64,000 nucleotides of DNA from the NCBI GenBank assembly GCA_951406725.2, contig OX597825.1, positions 64,728,001 to 64,792,000 of the forward strand. Reading direction: 5' to 3'. The notes below the pieces were generated by a model. The model worked only from the letters and a program-made list of their open reading frames with translations, was not told where the DNA came from and searched no databases. This document shows, one piece after another, positions 26,645 through 40,843 of the stretch. Position 1 is the stretch's first letter; the number at the start of each line of letters is the position of its first letter. The translations under genes were made by a program, and so were the position numbers. The DNA comes from Octopus vulgaris (Eukaryota).

Positions 26645-27431
26645 GGGATTACGTAATGACATAATCATAACCTCGGAGTTCTTGTGTGCGTTTATACGAA
26701 GAAATCCTTTGTTCATGTTAAACGTAGCTAGCAACTATTTTATATTCATTATAAGGCAGCCATGTTTATTTTTGCCTTCTAATCTACAGAGACAGCAAAC
26801 ATCAAACTTTCCTGCTATATATATATATTTCTGACAAGCACAGCAAATACGAAATGAAAAAGAGAAAAAAGAAAATTGAAATTTACAAACAAACCTGTAA
26901 AACAAAGCAAGCGAAAACAAACCAAAAAAAAAAAAAAAAACTATTCGAATCTTGTTTTGTTACAACTTTAGAAAATCACAATGGAATACAAACAAACCAG
27001 GGTCAAACGTTATTGGAAACTGTGAAGGTGAATGTTGAAACATAATATTATATAAGGATAACACATGATGTTATATTGTTTGATATTTACTCGGTCTGGT
27101 TGTGATTCTGATTTAGCATGTATGATATGAAGCATTTCATGTCCAGCTGTTCATCAACTGTATTATTTAGAAGTCCAGTGGTTACATACTACCCAGTCAT
27201 ATTATGTGTGTGTGCGTATTGTATGTGTATCAAATATAAGAAAACGTTTGCGTGTAACTCTTTACTGGAAAGCCAGTACAGCACTACCGTTCTCAATAGT
27301 CTGTTACGTTGTGAAACTAATTTTTATATAGAAGGCGCCTCTTAATGCGAATGGTAGGACACATTTTATATTTCGGCATGATACATTTTCCTTAATAAAT
27401 GGAATTGTATTATTTCAATCTGTCATTCAGA

Positions 27432-27509
<78 letters not shown>

Positions 27510-27510
27510 T

Positions 27511-27573
<63 letters not shown>

Positions 27574-27576
27574 AGT

Positions 27577-27632
27577 TAAGGTGGTGCCCCAGCATAGCCA
27601 CAGTCTAATGACTGAAACAAGTAAAAAGAAAA
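27577..27632 (+). mobile_element. SINE family A 3' fragment
   Basis: aaggtggtgccccagcatagccacagtctaatgactgaaacaagtaaaaag. Confidence 0.8.
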
Positions 27633-28856
27633 GCAAAAAAGACATAAAACGTCATTAAAATAGCATGACCGGAACATTAGGTTTTGGAAGGAATATTTCG
27701 TTATATACTAAGCAGTTTCGCTGTTAAAAGCTTTTCGAACGCACGAGTAAATTTTTTACTAAAACATATAAACGAATACATGTAAATTGTTATAGAATCA
27801 AACCATAAAATGTATGTCTCTTTTGTTTTTGCAGTAACTGATATAATATCTCATTTGTAAATATCGTCAAAGTATTATCTTTATTCTGATTTTTACATGT
27901 CCATTTCCATAAATGCGTGTCAGAAAATATTCACTTTTCACTCTGCAGTTCTTCACAGGCACCACTCGAGAAATATTTTTGCTCAATAGGAGTTCTGCTG
28001 ACAAAGATGATATATCGCAGTGAAATATCATTACGCTCAAAGCCACACCACACTAACATGTACAAAAACTCACATTCGCAACCACATGCATAAAATAAAA
28101 AGAATTTCGATTCTAAAAATGTATTATGAGTTTATTATTTTAAGTACTGTCTGATCAAAAACATAGGTTATAGAAAATTATGGGTACATCAATATAATGA
28201 GAATATATTTCGAAAGATGAAAACTTATGACATTTATACTGAAATACACTGTTATGATGTATATATATACATATATAGACTGATAGCATATCCCTTAAAA
28301 ATGAACGCATTTCAGGACACTTTTCATGAGTTGTTTCATGTTTTCCTGTATCTTGAAAAACACCATCACGCCTGCACACAGGCATTTGCATAAACGCGCG
28401 TGTGCGCTTGCACACACACACATACACACACACACATATATACACATACCATTCGTTAATCGCATAAAGTATAACACCCGACTATTCCTATTGGCTGTAT
28501 GTCATGCGCCTAGAGAAACATTATTCCTCATAATTATTTCACGTTCTCTCAAAAGTTTCTAAAATGCTTCAGACCTATTATTGTCATGGTAAGAGTAAAG
28601 ATCCTAAAATTGATCAAGAATTTCGAAAGATTCCTTTGACCCAAATCCACTAGTCTTGTCATGTCCACTGGAGCTAAGCATTCGTGTCCCACGCTCAACC
28701 TCAACCTTTTTCAATCTCAGCATGTTTTCAGCCTAATATTTATATGATGTCATTTATAACTGTACGTAATGTACTTCGAGAAACTTTATTCCGTAATATA
28801 TTTGCTCCACGTTCCCAAATTTTTATGATATATCTATGATATACGTAGATAGATAA

Positions 28857-28925
<69 letters not shown>

Positions 28926-29125
28926 AAGCGGAAAATACAGATAGATGCAATGCGAGTTACATAGGGAAGTCTATATGTGTGTGGCGTGTGTGAGTGTGTG
29001 TATGTACGCATACACACGCAAATGTATATATACTTACATATAAGTACATATACATTTGTGCGTGTATACGTACATACCCGCCATATATATATGTATATAT
29101 ACATATATATATATACATATGTATG

Positions 29126-29157
<32 letters not shown>

Positions 29158-29205
29158 CATATGTATATATATGTATATCTATATATATACATATATACAT
29201 ATATG

Positions 29206-29240
<35 letters not shown>

Positions 29241-29621
29241 GTATATATGTGTGTATATATATGTATATATATATATACATACACACACACACACACACAT
29301 ATATATATATGTATATATATATCATTATGGAAACGCACAAAATGTTGCAAACAAATAGATGGATAGAATGATACGTGTTTATTATAAAATTATTCATAAA
29401 AATAAATAAAATAATTTTTGTCTTGTTAAACAGTTTTCGACCACGTTTTCGACTCCATTCCTTTGCTAATTCCAACAAAAACAAAATGGACGCTTGTTTA
29501 CTTGAAACAAAATATGGCTGGTAACTTTGCTACAAACATATGTAAATATATATATACATACACATATACATATATGTGTGTGTGTCTATGTGTGCATGCA
29601 AAAACATTCACATACAGACAC

Positions 29622-29669
<48 letters not shown>

Positions 29670-29716
29670 CATACATATATATATATAAATAGATAAATAA
29701 ATAGATAAATAAATAA

Positions 29717-29766
<50 letters not shown>

Positions 29767-30297
29767 TTTAAAATATATATATATACCAATTGTTCTAGGT
29801 TTGTGAATGCACATTTGTCTTCATAGCAATATACATAAATACATCCGTCCATGCTTGCATACACATACACGCATTCGCATAATTCTTTCAAAAAATATAC
29901 ACGCATGAAAAGACAGAGAAAATATCAAAATTGATAATGATACTGTTGATGTTGCTGACGATTGTAGTGATGGCGATGAAGTTGTTGCGCCGGTATTGGA
30001 GATGGCGCTTGTGCTGTTGTTGCTGTTGTTTTTGTTTTTAGAGATGGTGGCGATGTTGGCGTCGGTAACGGTAATGGCGATGGTTAAAACGGTTATGAAG
30101 ATATGAGAGATGCGAACGTAGTGATGCTTCCACAATGAAAACAGCATTAGTATTTCCTGTTTCCTGTTCTTTAATGTTACAAATGACTATTTGTTATTTC
30201 AGCAGATACAAACAACATATTTATTTTCAATACAGATCTTTTTCCTTCTAGCACCACTCCCCATATATACATACATACATACACAATTTTATATATA

Positions 30298-30363
<66 letters not shown>

Positions 30364-30365
30364 TG

Positions 30366-30397
<32 letters not shown>

Positions 30398-31436
30398 TAT
30401 ATAGAGAGAGAGTGAGAGGGGGGTGGGGGGAAGAGAAAGAGAAGGAGACAGATAGAGATACACGCACATATGCATATATATATGTATATATTTTAGTCAG
30501 CATATATATACGTGTGTTACACATATATATATACACACCTATACACTCACACACACACACACACACAGACACTCACACTTATAGGGTAAGACGGAGAAGA
30601 ATAGGGACCTAATAATACATAATTATATATGTTATATTCCCATTGTTTATATACACATGAAGCTATAGTGTTTTGTAACGGTTTATACATTTCATTAGTA
30701 ACGGTCGGCATGTGAATTTTTATTATATGACATAATGCGTATATTTAACGGTCATGGGCCGGCTGCTGCGTTTCTATTAGAAGAGTATTAGAAAAAACGT
30801 TTCTGAGACCTACCCAGCTTACAAGACCGGACTTACGGTTTTTTGGCTACTTGTGAAATATGTTGTAGAGACAAATTGTTCCTATTTGCTATTCGGTGCA
30901 CTGGTGCAAAGAGAAATAATCGATCTGCCTATGTGCAACTAGCATTGATGAAGTTCAAATGTGAAGAGTAACATTCTGAACAATTCTATATTATATAATT
31001 CCTAATTTAGAGAACACAAACGTTGTATTTGGGATATATATTTTGGAAAAATAAATACAACCGCATTTTATCGACGCGATTTACTGGAAAACATTGCGAA
31101 AATTTTTCCTTATATAAATACCTGAATACCCAGTTCGAAACACACAAGAGGGGAGAATGCAATATAGTAGTTATATGATATTTGAATTATCGTAGAAGAG
31201 TACCTTCGAATAATATGGTTATCATTTGCAATTTTTGCACCAGAAATGAACAGGACTTTGTGCGTAATCAACATGTCATTAGTTGACGAGGGTAATCCAA
31301 GGAACTGCATGTTCATCTAAATGTAAGCGATTTTACATATGTCCATATACATCTATATGCTTAGCTACATGTGCTCAGTATAATAAACATGTGGTAGTGC
31401 TCAAGTGAATTTTAATTTAAGAGGATTAAGTGTTTG

Positions 31437-31466
<30 letters not shown>

Positions 31467-31467
<1 letters not shown>

Positions 31468-31815
31468 TGGTTCCGTGTTTAGTTCCGTGTGTGGAACCTT
31501 AGGCAAATGTTCTCTACTATAGCCGCAGGTCGACCGAAGCCTCATGATTGGATTTGGTAGGAGGAAACTGAAAGAAGCCAATCGTGTATATATATATGTG
31601 TGTGTGTGTGTGTGTTTGTGTCTGTGCTTATCCTCCTATTATCGATTGACATCCGATGTCGGTGTGTTTACGTCCCCGTAAACGGGTGGTTCGGCAAAAC
31701 AGACCGATAGAATAGAATAAGTACTAGGCTTACAAAGAATAAGTCTTGGTGTCAATTTCTTCGACTAAAGTCGGTGCTCCTGTATGGCCACAGTCAAATG
31801 ACTGAAATAAGTAGA
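31467..31815 (+). mobile_element. SINE family A, head truncated
   Basis: ggaaactgaaagaagcc...tttacgtccccgtaa...agaataagtactaggcttacaaagaataagtc...gtcaaatgactgaaataagta. Confidence 0.87.
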
Positions 31816-31866
31816 TAATGTCTATGAATGATGGCAATGTTTAGAAGTATTTCTGTATAAACAGAA

Positions 31867-31872
<6 letters not shown>

Positions 31873-31901
<29 letters not shown>

Positions 31902-32650
31902 CATACAAAAATAAAATGAAGGCACCTTGGATCTAGGTTAGAAACCAGTTCTTTCTGTATTGGCAAGAAATCTAGAAATTAATTGAATAATGCATACTCA
32001 CATACATACATACATACAAACATACATACATACAAACATAAAACATACAAACTACATACATATGTACATACATACATACATACATACATACATACATACA
32101 AACATACATACATACATACAAACATACATACATACAAACATACTACATACATATACATACATACATACATACATACATACATACATACATACATACAAAA
32201 ATAACATGTTGTTAATGTTGAAATTCCAATGAAGGCACCTTGGATCTAGGTTAGAAACCAGTTCTTTCTGTATTGGCAAGAAATCTAGAAATTAATTGAA
32301 TAATGACATACTCACATACATACATACATACAAACATACATACATACAAACATACATACATACATACATACATACATACATACAAACATACATACATACA
32401 TACAAACATACATACATACAAACATACAAACATACATACATATGTACATACATACATACATACATACATACATACATACATACATACATACATACATACA
32501 TACATACATACATACAAAAATAACCTGTTGTTAATGTTGAAATTCCAATGAAGGAACCTTGGATGTAGGTTAGAAACCGTTTCTTTCTCTATTGGCAAGA
32601 AATCTAGAAATTAACTGAATGACATACATACAAATATACATACATACAAA
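31873..32650 (+). repeat. Tandem trimer (periods 313 and 319 bp) of a ~110-bp conserved unit plus a (TACA)n tract
   Basis: aatgaagg.accttggat.taggttagaaacc..ttctttct.tattggcaagaaatctagaaattaa at 31915, 32228 and 32547. Confidence 0.92.
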
Positions 32651-33277
32651 TATACACACATACGTACCTGCGTGCTTGTGTGTTTGAAGTTTTAGTGGCT
32701 TTTAGTGTACCATTAGTTCCTTAATGCAATCAAAGGGTGCAGTGTTTACTTATTCTCTTTCTTTTTCAATTTATTAAGTTCTACCTTTTTGGTATCTATT
32801 TCGCTACTTATCTACTTCGTATTTCTCTATTCTTTAACGATTTAATTTGGTTTTCACGAGTGCATTTGTGCTTAACAATCGGTATGTTTTTGCCTCCCTT
32901 GAACATAAGGTTGCTGCGTGTTTGTTTAATCTGATATTCATCGGCTTTGTTCATGGAATTTTTTTCTTGCATTGTTTGTTTGACGTCATCTTGCTTGCGT
33001 GGAAAACACGTTTCTGATTACAATTGTTCTTAACTTTAACTAAATTGCATACGAGTGTGTTTTGAATGCTTAAATAGCAAACAAATTCACTAAAATTATT
33101 TCGGGACGCCCACAGACTTTAAAATAACCTCAGTCTTTGGCGTTTTTTTTTTTATGCAGTTAACGGCTCTTCGATTCATGTCCTCTTTGAGGCGCTTTTC
33201 AGTGAGACAATTTTGTTTTTAGCTTAGCTGCTTCTTTTAGATTCAGACTTGTCCGGTACTATTATTAAAACACTGCT

Positions 33278-33398
33278 AGTGCTCAACTAGTACTTAATTT
33301 ATCAACCCCTAAAGGATGAACGGCAAAGTCGACCTAGGCCGAATTTGAACTCAAGACGTAGCAATGGGCGTGCTAATGGTTATACCTGCTCGCCGCCT
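33278..33398 (-). mobile_element. SINE family B fragment
   Basis: aaaggatgaacggcaaagtcgacc...gaatttgaactc...gcgtgctaa...gctcgccgcct. Confidence 0.75.
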
Positions 33399-33454
33399 AT
33401 AATGATGATGATGATAATAATAACAACAACAACAACAACAATAAGAAGAATAAT

Positions 33455-34013
33455 CTCTTCTGCTGTAGGCACAAGGCCTAAAATTTGGTAGGAGGGGACT
33501 AGTCGATTACATCGACATCAGTACTCAACTGGTATTTAGTTTATTGACCACGAAAGGATGAAAGGCAAAGTCGACTCGGCTGAATTTGAACTCTGAACGT
33601 TGCGGCAGACGAAATACCTGTTTCTTTATTACCCACAAGGGGCTAAACATATAGGGGACAAACAAGGGCAAACAAACGGATTAATTCGATTACATCGACC
33701 CCAGTGCGTAACTGGTACTGAATTTATCGACACCGAAAGGATGAAACGCAAAGTCGACCTCGGCGGAATTTTGAACTCAGAACGTTGCGGCAGACGAAAT
33801 ACCTGTTTCTTTATTACCCACAAGGGGCTAAACATAGAGGGGACAAACAAGGGCAAACAAACGGATTAATTCGATTACATCGACCTCAGTGCGTAACTGG
33901 TACTTAATTTATCGACACCGAAAGGATGAAAGGCAAAGTCGACCTCGGCGGAATTTTGAACTCAGAACGTAGCGGGAGACGAAATACCGCTAAGCATTTC
34001 GTCCGGCGTGCTA
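33455..34013 (-). mobile_element. SINE family B trimer: head + B1 + B1 + B2, 185-bp period
   Basis: gcgg.agacgaaatacc recurs at 33602, 33787 and 33972. There are two B1 tails and one B2 tail. Confidence 0.92.
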
Positions 34014-35005
34014 ATAATAACAACGATAATATTAATAAAGATAATATTAACGATAATAATTATGTTGATTAGGATGATATTAATATTTTCCTTTCTGATC
34101 ATTTTAAACGTATTATTAGATGAGAAATATTTTCGTATGGAAGAACTTCCTCCTATCTGGTGCATTTTGTGTTTACATATTTGTGAAGATGTGTATATGT
34201 GCTCGTAAGTGCCTTTGCATATATATATATGTTTGTTTTCTTGTTATATATTTTTAATCATCACCGAGTCCTAAATCAGTAAGAAATTTGCTGGAACCCC
34301 TCAATGATCTAACATTACAGCATGCACATTATAATTACCTCCCGCTAATTACGTTGTATTCTCTCTTTCAATGTGTAATACTCCTATATATTATTTCTTT
34401 TCTCCTTATTGGATTTCTACTGTTTGTATATAATTCGAGTATTGTTCCATTACACCGAAACACAATTAGGTAGAATAGGAGAAGAGAAATGATGCTGCAT
34501 AAATAAATGCGAACTAAGCATGATTTAAAACATTGTTATGACAAAACGTAAACTCATTTCAAGTCAGTTCGTTGTGGTATACATTAGAGAACGGAAAGAA
34601 TAGAAGAAAAGCAGAAATTGAATGGGATTTTAATATGAAAATAGCATCTAAGTAACAAAGAGAAACCTCACAATGGGGATTGTAGTGTTGGTGTTGGTGG
34701 CATAGAGCACTACATGGTCCAGTTCTTGTATAGTTAAGTGTCAGATTAATGAATCATACACCCAGCACCCCAACGCTGTAGCCTTTTGCTAAAATCACAC
34801 AGATTAAACTTCATTCGTAATCAACGTACTGCTATGGTACGAAATCGTTAGGGTGTTTGTATAAACCGTACTTGCATGATTTACTAAGACTGCGTCAGAT
34901 TGTCAATCACTCAGAGCACAGGAAATGAAGGAATACGCTATTTTAAGCAAAATTAAACTAAGAAAAAAATCGCCTAATAATAAAGGTCAATTTTGCAGCA
35001 ATTTA

Positions 35006-35330
35006 AGGCGGTGAGCATGCAGTAACGTTAGCACGCCATGCGAAATGCTTAGCTGCAATTTGTCATTTTTTACGTTCTGAGTTCATATTCCGCTGAGGCT
35101 GTCTTTGTTTTTCATTCTTTCCGGATCGATGACATATGAACCAGTTGAGCAATGGGGTCGATTTACACGACCTACTCCCTTTCCCCAAAATGGCCAACTT
35201 TGTGGGAAAATTTGAAACCAATATTGCAGCATTTTCAGGCATGCTGAGCGGTATTTTGTGCGTCTTTACAGTCTAAATTCGAATTCTGCCGAGGTTTGAG
35301 TTTGCCTGTAATTCTTCGAGCAAGAATAGA
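35006..35330 (+). mobile_element. Diverged SINE family B (B2) plus a second partial copy from about 35240
   Basis: aggcggtgagc...gttagcacgcc..gcgaaatgcttagc...tacgttctgagttc...tttgaaacca. Confidence 0.75.
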
Positions 35331-35415
35331 TACTGATGATGCTGTTAGTTATGGCGAAAAGAACATACCAGTTAATAAATTCACATGAAGACCTTATTCG
35401 TGTTATAATGTATGC

Positions 35416-35487
<72 letters not shown>

Positions 35488-35642
35488 TTTATTGTTGTTG
35501 TAGTTGTTGTTTTTGTTGTTGTTGTTATCATTATGATGATGATCATCATGATAATCATCAAACTGAGAAATATATATTGTTAATTCTAGAGACATTTTAC
35601 AAAACAAACGTAAACATAAACATATATATATATATATATATA

Positions 35643-35694
<52 letters not shown>

Positions 35695-36044
35695 TGTAGA
35701 CAGGTGCACATGTGCAGTAAAAATAACCACTACACGTACTTATAGATTCCAGAGCAGGTAAATACGTACATAGTCACATATATTTATTTCGGGCGATAGC
35801 TTACTTGCGACGCACATACGCATTTTGATAGATATCATACTTAGATATATTCATTTACAAAAAATTATTCATAGAGAATCTAATGTACAGGTATGAAGAT
35901 GTACAATAGTATGTTCTTATCTACAAACTTTTTTGAGTAACATTAAGTAAAGTAGCTCAAATATACTTAGAATAAGAAATGAGGTGTAATATTCGGGGAA
36001 GTAGCATAGGCATCGATGGTGAGGTGCGTGAGAGAAAGACTCAG

Positions 36045-36082
<38 letters not shown>

Positions 36083-36439
36083 TGAGAGAGACACAAGGGA
36101 ATAATATCAACATGCAGCCAAATCTATAACGTCAACCACAACTTTATTTCAATTTTCTTCTGTCTCTCTATCCTTCCTTTCTTTCCGTAGTGTATTTATA
36201 TAATCACATTTTGCCTACACACACAATGCCATCTTGCCTACCTGACACTCTCTCACACCCACGTATGTTCACTCACAAGCATATATATATGGATGAGAGG
36301 CATATATTCTCAGTATAGAATACACTTCGTAGTGCTCAAGAGATTTAAATTTCAGCAGGTAGAGGAGTAATTGTAAGGATAAGCAAATTAGGCCAGTTGA
36401 TATAGAAAAAATACTAATATATTTAATACAAAAAATGTA

Positions 36440-37400
36440 CATATGTTTGCATATAAATATGTCCGACTTACACAGAATAGAAATGATATCAGAAATTAAA
36501 GGAGTTCAGTAAGAGTTTTAGGAGTCTAGCAGCTGTTTCTGGAGGCTTGGTGTTACAAAATAATGATTGGAAATTGATTCCATTATCGGATAATACTAGC
36601 TTCCGTCTTTAGGGAAGAATTTTACATTAGAGGTGTTGATAGAAAGGAGATTAAAGATGGAGTGATTTTGTGGAGAACTAAGTGTATCAGGAGGGTTGGG
36701 AAGTAGCTAGATAGAGTAGTGTGAAAAGAAAAGAAATTTCCGGGTTAGAGATATCTAATGAGGCTAGTGTTAATAGTAGAGGTGGAAGGTGGGAGGAACA
36801 GGAAAGGGTTGTTTACGGAGTATGTGAATGATAACCTTTGTCTTAGTTTATATGAAGGCTATAGGGTTTAAGGTTGAGGTAGTAAAAATGGAAATGTCTT
36901 TTATTTAAGGGAAATAAGTTGAATGGTTCAGTGGCTGAATGAGAGGTTAGTAAGGTATGTAGAGAGGAATGAGTGACTGGGTGCGAGTAGTTGGTCATAA
37001 TAGTAGGCGTTAGTGGGACAAAGAATTTTGGGTTGGTATTGGAGGGGATGTTATGGTATGTAGAGGTGTATGAAATTGAATAGAGGTATGTGGATAGGGA
37101 GGGAGTAGAGGTAGATTGGTTAGGTTTCAAAGGAGTGGTTTTGTGTTAAGTGCTTCTTGAAAATGAATAGTGAATTTGAAGAATTTGGATCAAACTGCAA
37201 ATATGTGCATGAGAAAGAATGAGTATGAGTAATATTTGTAAAGTGGTAGGTTGCTAGGCTTACTTTGTTATAGTGTTAGGTTGTTTTGGGTATGGATACC
37301 AAAAGTTATAGGATTACATAGATATAGGGGAATGAGGGTTTTTGTAGGCTTACATAGTGTTTCTGGCCACTACGTTTCACTCACGGTGCTAGTTATCTCG
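36440..37400 (-). mobile_element. Decayed Penelope-like element 3' region (possible GIY-YIG remnant plus pLTR with a degenerate hammerhead at about 36524-36592)
   Basis: Strong strand bias. Minus-strand peptides HSFSCT.. and ..KRHFHFYYLNLKPYSLH resemble the ends of Penelope GIY-YIG domains. Downstream motif CCGATAA TGGA..35 nt..TCCA GAAAC AGCT GCT. Confidence 0.45.
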
Positions 37401-38326
37401 AGGCTACTGTAGAGATTCTACGCAATGGGACAGAATCAAGAAAACGAGGCAAACGTTTTAAAAAGCCATATTCGTGTCAAAATTAGCATTAAAGTTGTCT
37501 GGAGATTTCACGGCACAGTGGTGCTGATAATACATTTCATTCAGTGCGATTGAGGGTTCAAATCTACACAGTGGAACATGTTTTATCAAGATACGTATGC
37601 AATAAACCGTATGAAGATTTCCGGTTTGGCCAACGTAATTTTGCAAGAACAAGATATTGATATAGATAGATAAAAGCTTGACATAAAATGAAGTACATTG
37701 TCTAATAGCTTTCAAGGTGAAAGAGGTGACAGGTATATAACAAGAATTATAATATCCATCCACTTCATCTCCTACGTTTGCATATATAATTCCACCAACG
37801 GCTACTTTTACACCATCGAAAGAATCAAACGTTTCAAAGAAGCCAAAATTTCAAGTGAAGTTGTATAGCCTGTTAAATTCACTTAACCATATATTATTCG
37901 GGGTCAAAATTTTCATCGCACCAACAGCAACCTAGTCAATGACATAATTCCCCTATAGTGGAATGTTTAAGTCAAGTGAACATTCTTTGTGCTTTTTTTC
38001 AATGGCTAACGTGTTATCCACGCTGCAAGAATCTTAGTTTCAACACACTGATTCATAATAAGCCACTTGTTTGTAAATTACACTTCCGAAATATCTTTGA
38101 TGGTTTTCCATAACTTGCAACCTTCCTAAAGTTATCATGGATTTTTCTTGTATACTAGTACTATAAATAAATACATTATTTTATATGTCATGCATATAAA
38201 ATTAAATATTTATTATACTAGCAGCACTCGTGTGAATACATCGGTTCAGAAGTGTTACGCATTTTCATTTATAGAAAAGCTTCAAAACTAATTGATAGTT
38301 AGCCATACATACATACATACACATCG

Positions 38327-38840
38327 TTTTAACTCCTTTTATTTACTCCAGTCATTGAACTACAATTATGCTGGACATCACCTTGAAAAGTTTAGTCGAA
38401 CGACTCAAGCCCTGTCCTTATTTTTTCAATGTTTGGTAATTAAATTTTATTTTTATGCGCTCTTTTCAAGCCTAGCCAGGCTCATGGGCCCGGTTTCCCG
38501 GTTTCTGTGGCGTGTGTCCCCCCCCCCCCAGCTGGACGGGACGCCAGTCCATCGCAGCGTTACTCAAGAAACAGGAAGAAAAAGTGCGAGAAAGTTGGGA
38601 CGAAAGTGTATAACAGTGGTCGCCGCCAACCCCTGCCGGAGCCTCATGGAGCTTTTAGGTGTTTTCGCTCAATAATCACACACAACGCCCGGTCTGGGAA
38701 TCGGAACCGCGATCCTCTCACCGAGAGTTCGCTGCCCTAACCACTGGATCATTGCGCCTCCACGGTACTTATATTACTGATCGGTTTTTTTGAACCGCTA
38801 CTGCAGTTGTCAATCGAAGGAAGGGGGAAAAGAGAGCACG

Positions 38841-38889
<49 letters not shown>

Positions 38890-39075
38890 TCACACACACG
38901 TATGAAATATGTACACACATACGTATGAAGTATGGGGTTATGCCCATTTTCCGGCCACCACGTTCATTGGCAACGCATTGGTCGGCCAGAGGCTACAGTT
39001 AAAGACGCTTGTTCAGGCTGTCGTGCATTGGGGCTACACTCAAAATCACGTATTTGCTAAGATACATGGAAACAC
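38327..39075 (-). mobile_element. Old diverged SINE family A copy, split by a family C insertion
   Basis: The tail at 38327-38438 continues at 38764 (ggtacttat..gaaccgcta...ttggtcggccagaggcta). Confidence 0.65.
38439..38763 (-). mobile_element. Chimeric SINE: family C head and body with the family D tail
   Basis: Head gtggaggcgcaatgatccagtggttagggcagcg and body as in 3484. Tail gagtaacgctgcgatggactggcgtcccgtccagctgggg...cccatgagcctggctaggctt as in 60968. Flanked by ggta/ggta. Confidence 0.9.
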
Positions 39076-39133
39076 ATACAGATTCACAAACACACACACA
39101 CATACATAAAATTCATTATTTTTTCCTCGATAT

Positions 39134-39289
39134 GGAGTGGCTGTGTGGTAAGTAGCTTGCTTACCAACCACATCGTTCCGGGTTCATTCCCACTGCGTGG
39201 CATCTTGAGCAAGTGTCTTCTGCTATAGCCTCGGCCCGACCAATGCCTTGTGAGTGGATTGGGTAGACGGAAACTGAAAGAAGTCTGTC

Positions 39290-39341
<52 letters not shown>

Positions 39342-39570
39342 GTATGTGTGCGTATGTGTTTGTGTGTCTGTGTTTGTCCCCCTAGCATTGCTTGACAACC
39401 GATGCTGGTGTGTTTACGTCCCCGTCACTTAGCGGTTCGGCAAAAGAGACCGATAGAATAAGTACTGTGCTTACAAAGAATAAGTCCCGGGGTCGATTTG
39501 CTCGACTAAAGGCGGTGCTCCAGCATGGTCGCAGTCAAATGACTGAAACAAGTAAAAATAGTAAAGAGTA
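39134..39570 (+). mobile_element. SINE family A, near full length
   Basis: ggagtggctgtgtggtaagtagc...gactgaaacaagtaaaaatag. Confidence 0.93.
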
Positions 39571-40206
39571 ATATATATATATATGTATATACACACGCGC
39601 ATACACACACACATACACACATACATACACACACATACATATATATACATAAACACGCTCACACACATACTACACACATATACGTATATCTATTTTACCA
39701 TTTCCATCAGTTTAATGGGAAATAACGAGATAACGTGTAGATTTAATCTAAGCCAGTGGCTAGCCTGATTGCTGTCTGGCCGGCTGGACGTCCGGATGCC
39801 GATCTGGTTCTCTGAGTGGCAGATTGACCGTCTATATTGCTAAATGGCTGGCTAAAATGGTGGCTAGAATATATCAGCCTGGCCTAAAGAGTAATATATT
39901 TAAAACTACTCATTTATAGTACGTAAAGATGGACAGAATAGTCGAGAGAGGAAAGAGATACAATAATCAATACACATCTGATAGACGCTGTTTTGTTGAC
40001 TTCACGTGAAATAGTCTCTTTTGATGTAATTTCCTTTACTTATCCAATCAGTCGACAAAATGAAACAAAACTGTTAGTTTCCAAATTCCATCAGAGAATT
40101 CTAAGTGGTTCTCTATCATAACAACTATTTTCTTGATATGAAGCAATTTCCTTTCTATGTTTCATTTTTTTTTGTATCAGCTAACTTTATTGTTGTTGTT
40201 GTTAGT

Positions 40207-40279
<73 letters not shown>

Positions 40280-40781
40280 CATTATTATTATTATTAACAT
40301 CGTCACTACCACCATCGTCGTCATTATCATCATCATTTCTATTATGTTTTTATCATCACTATTGTTTTTAAGTAAAAAAAGTTATTGAACTAAAATGCAA
40401 TATTTTTTTTTTAGTAAAAAAGCACCAAAACAAGATAATTTGCATTTATTCGAACACATACACACACATATACAAATGTAAGCAGACACACACGTAAATT
40501 TATATATATATATGTGTGTGTGTTTGTGTATATATGTCTGTGTGCGATGGATACGTGCATTCATATGTACACACCCAGCCATCAACTCCACACAAGCATA
40601 CACACACACAAACACACACACACACACACACACACATGATATATACATGATATAAACACACACACACACGCACACACACACACACATAATATCTACATAT
40701 GTATGTAAAGCTTTCATGCTTTGGTTAGTCTGAAATTTAATAACTACACGAAACTTTGAATACGAGAATAAATTCCATTCT

Positions 40782-40843
<62 letters not shown>

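Noticed and set aside
30740-30980. Possible Tc1/mariner C-terminal remnant
   Set aside because: Only a vague resemblance to WP..SPDL..D.F.WG motifs, and no TIRs were found.
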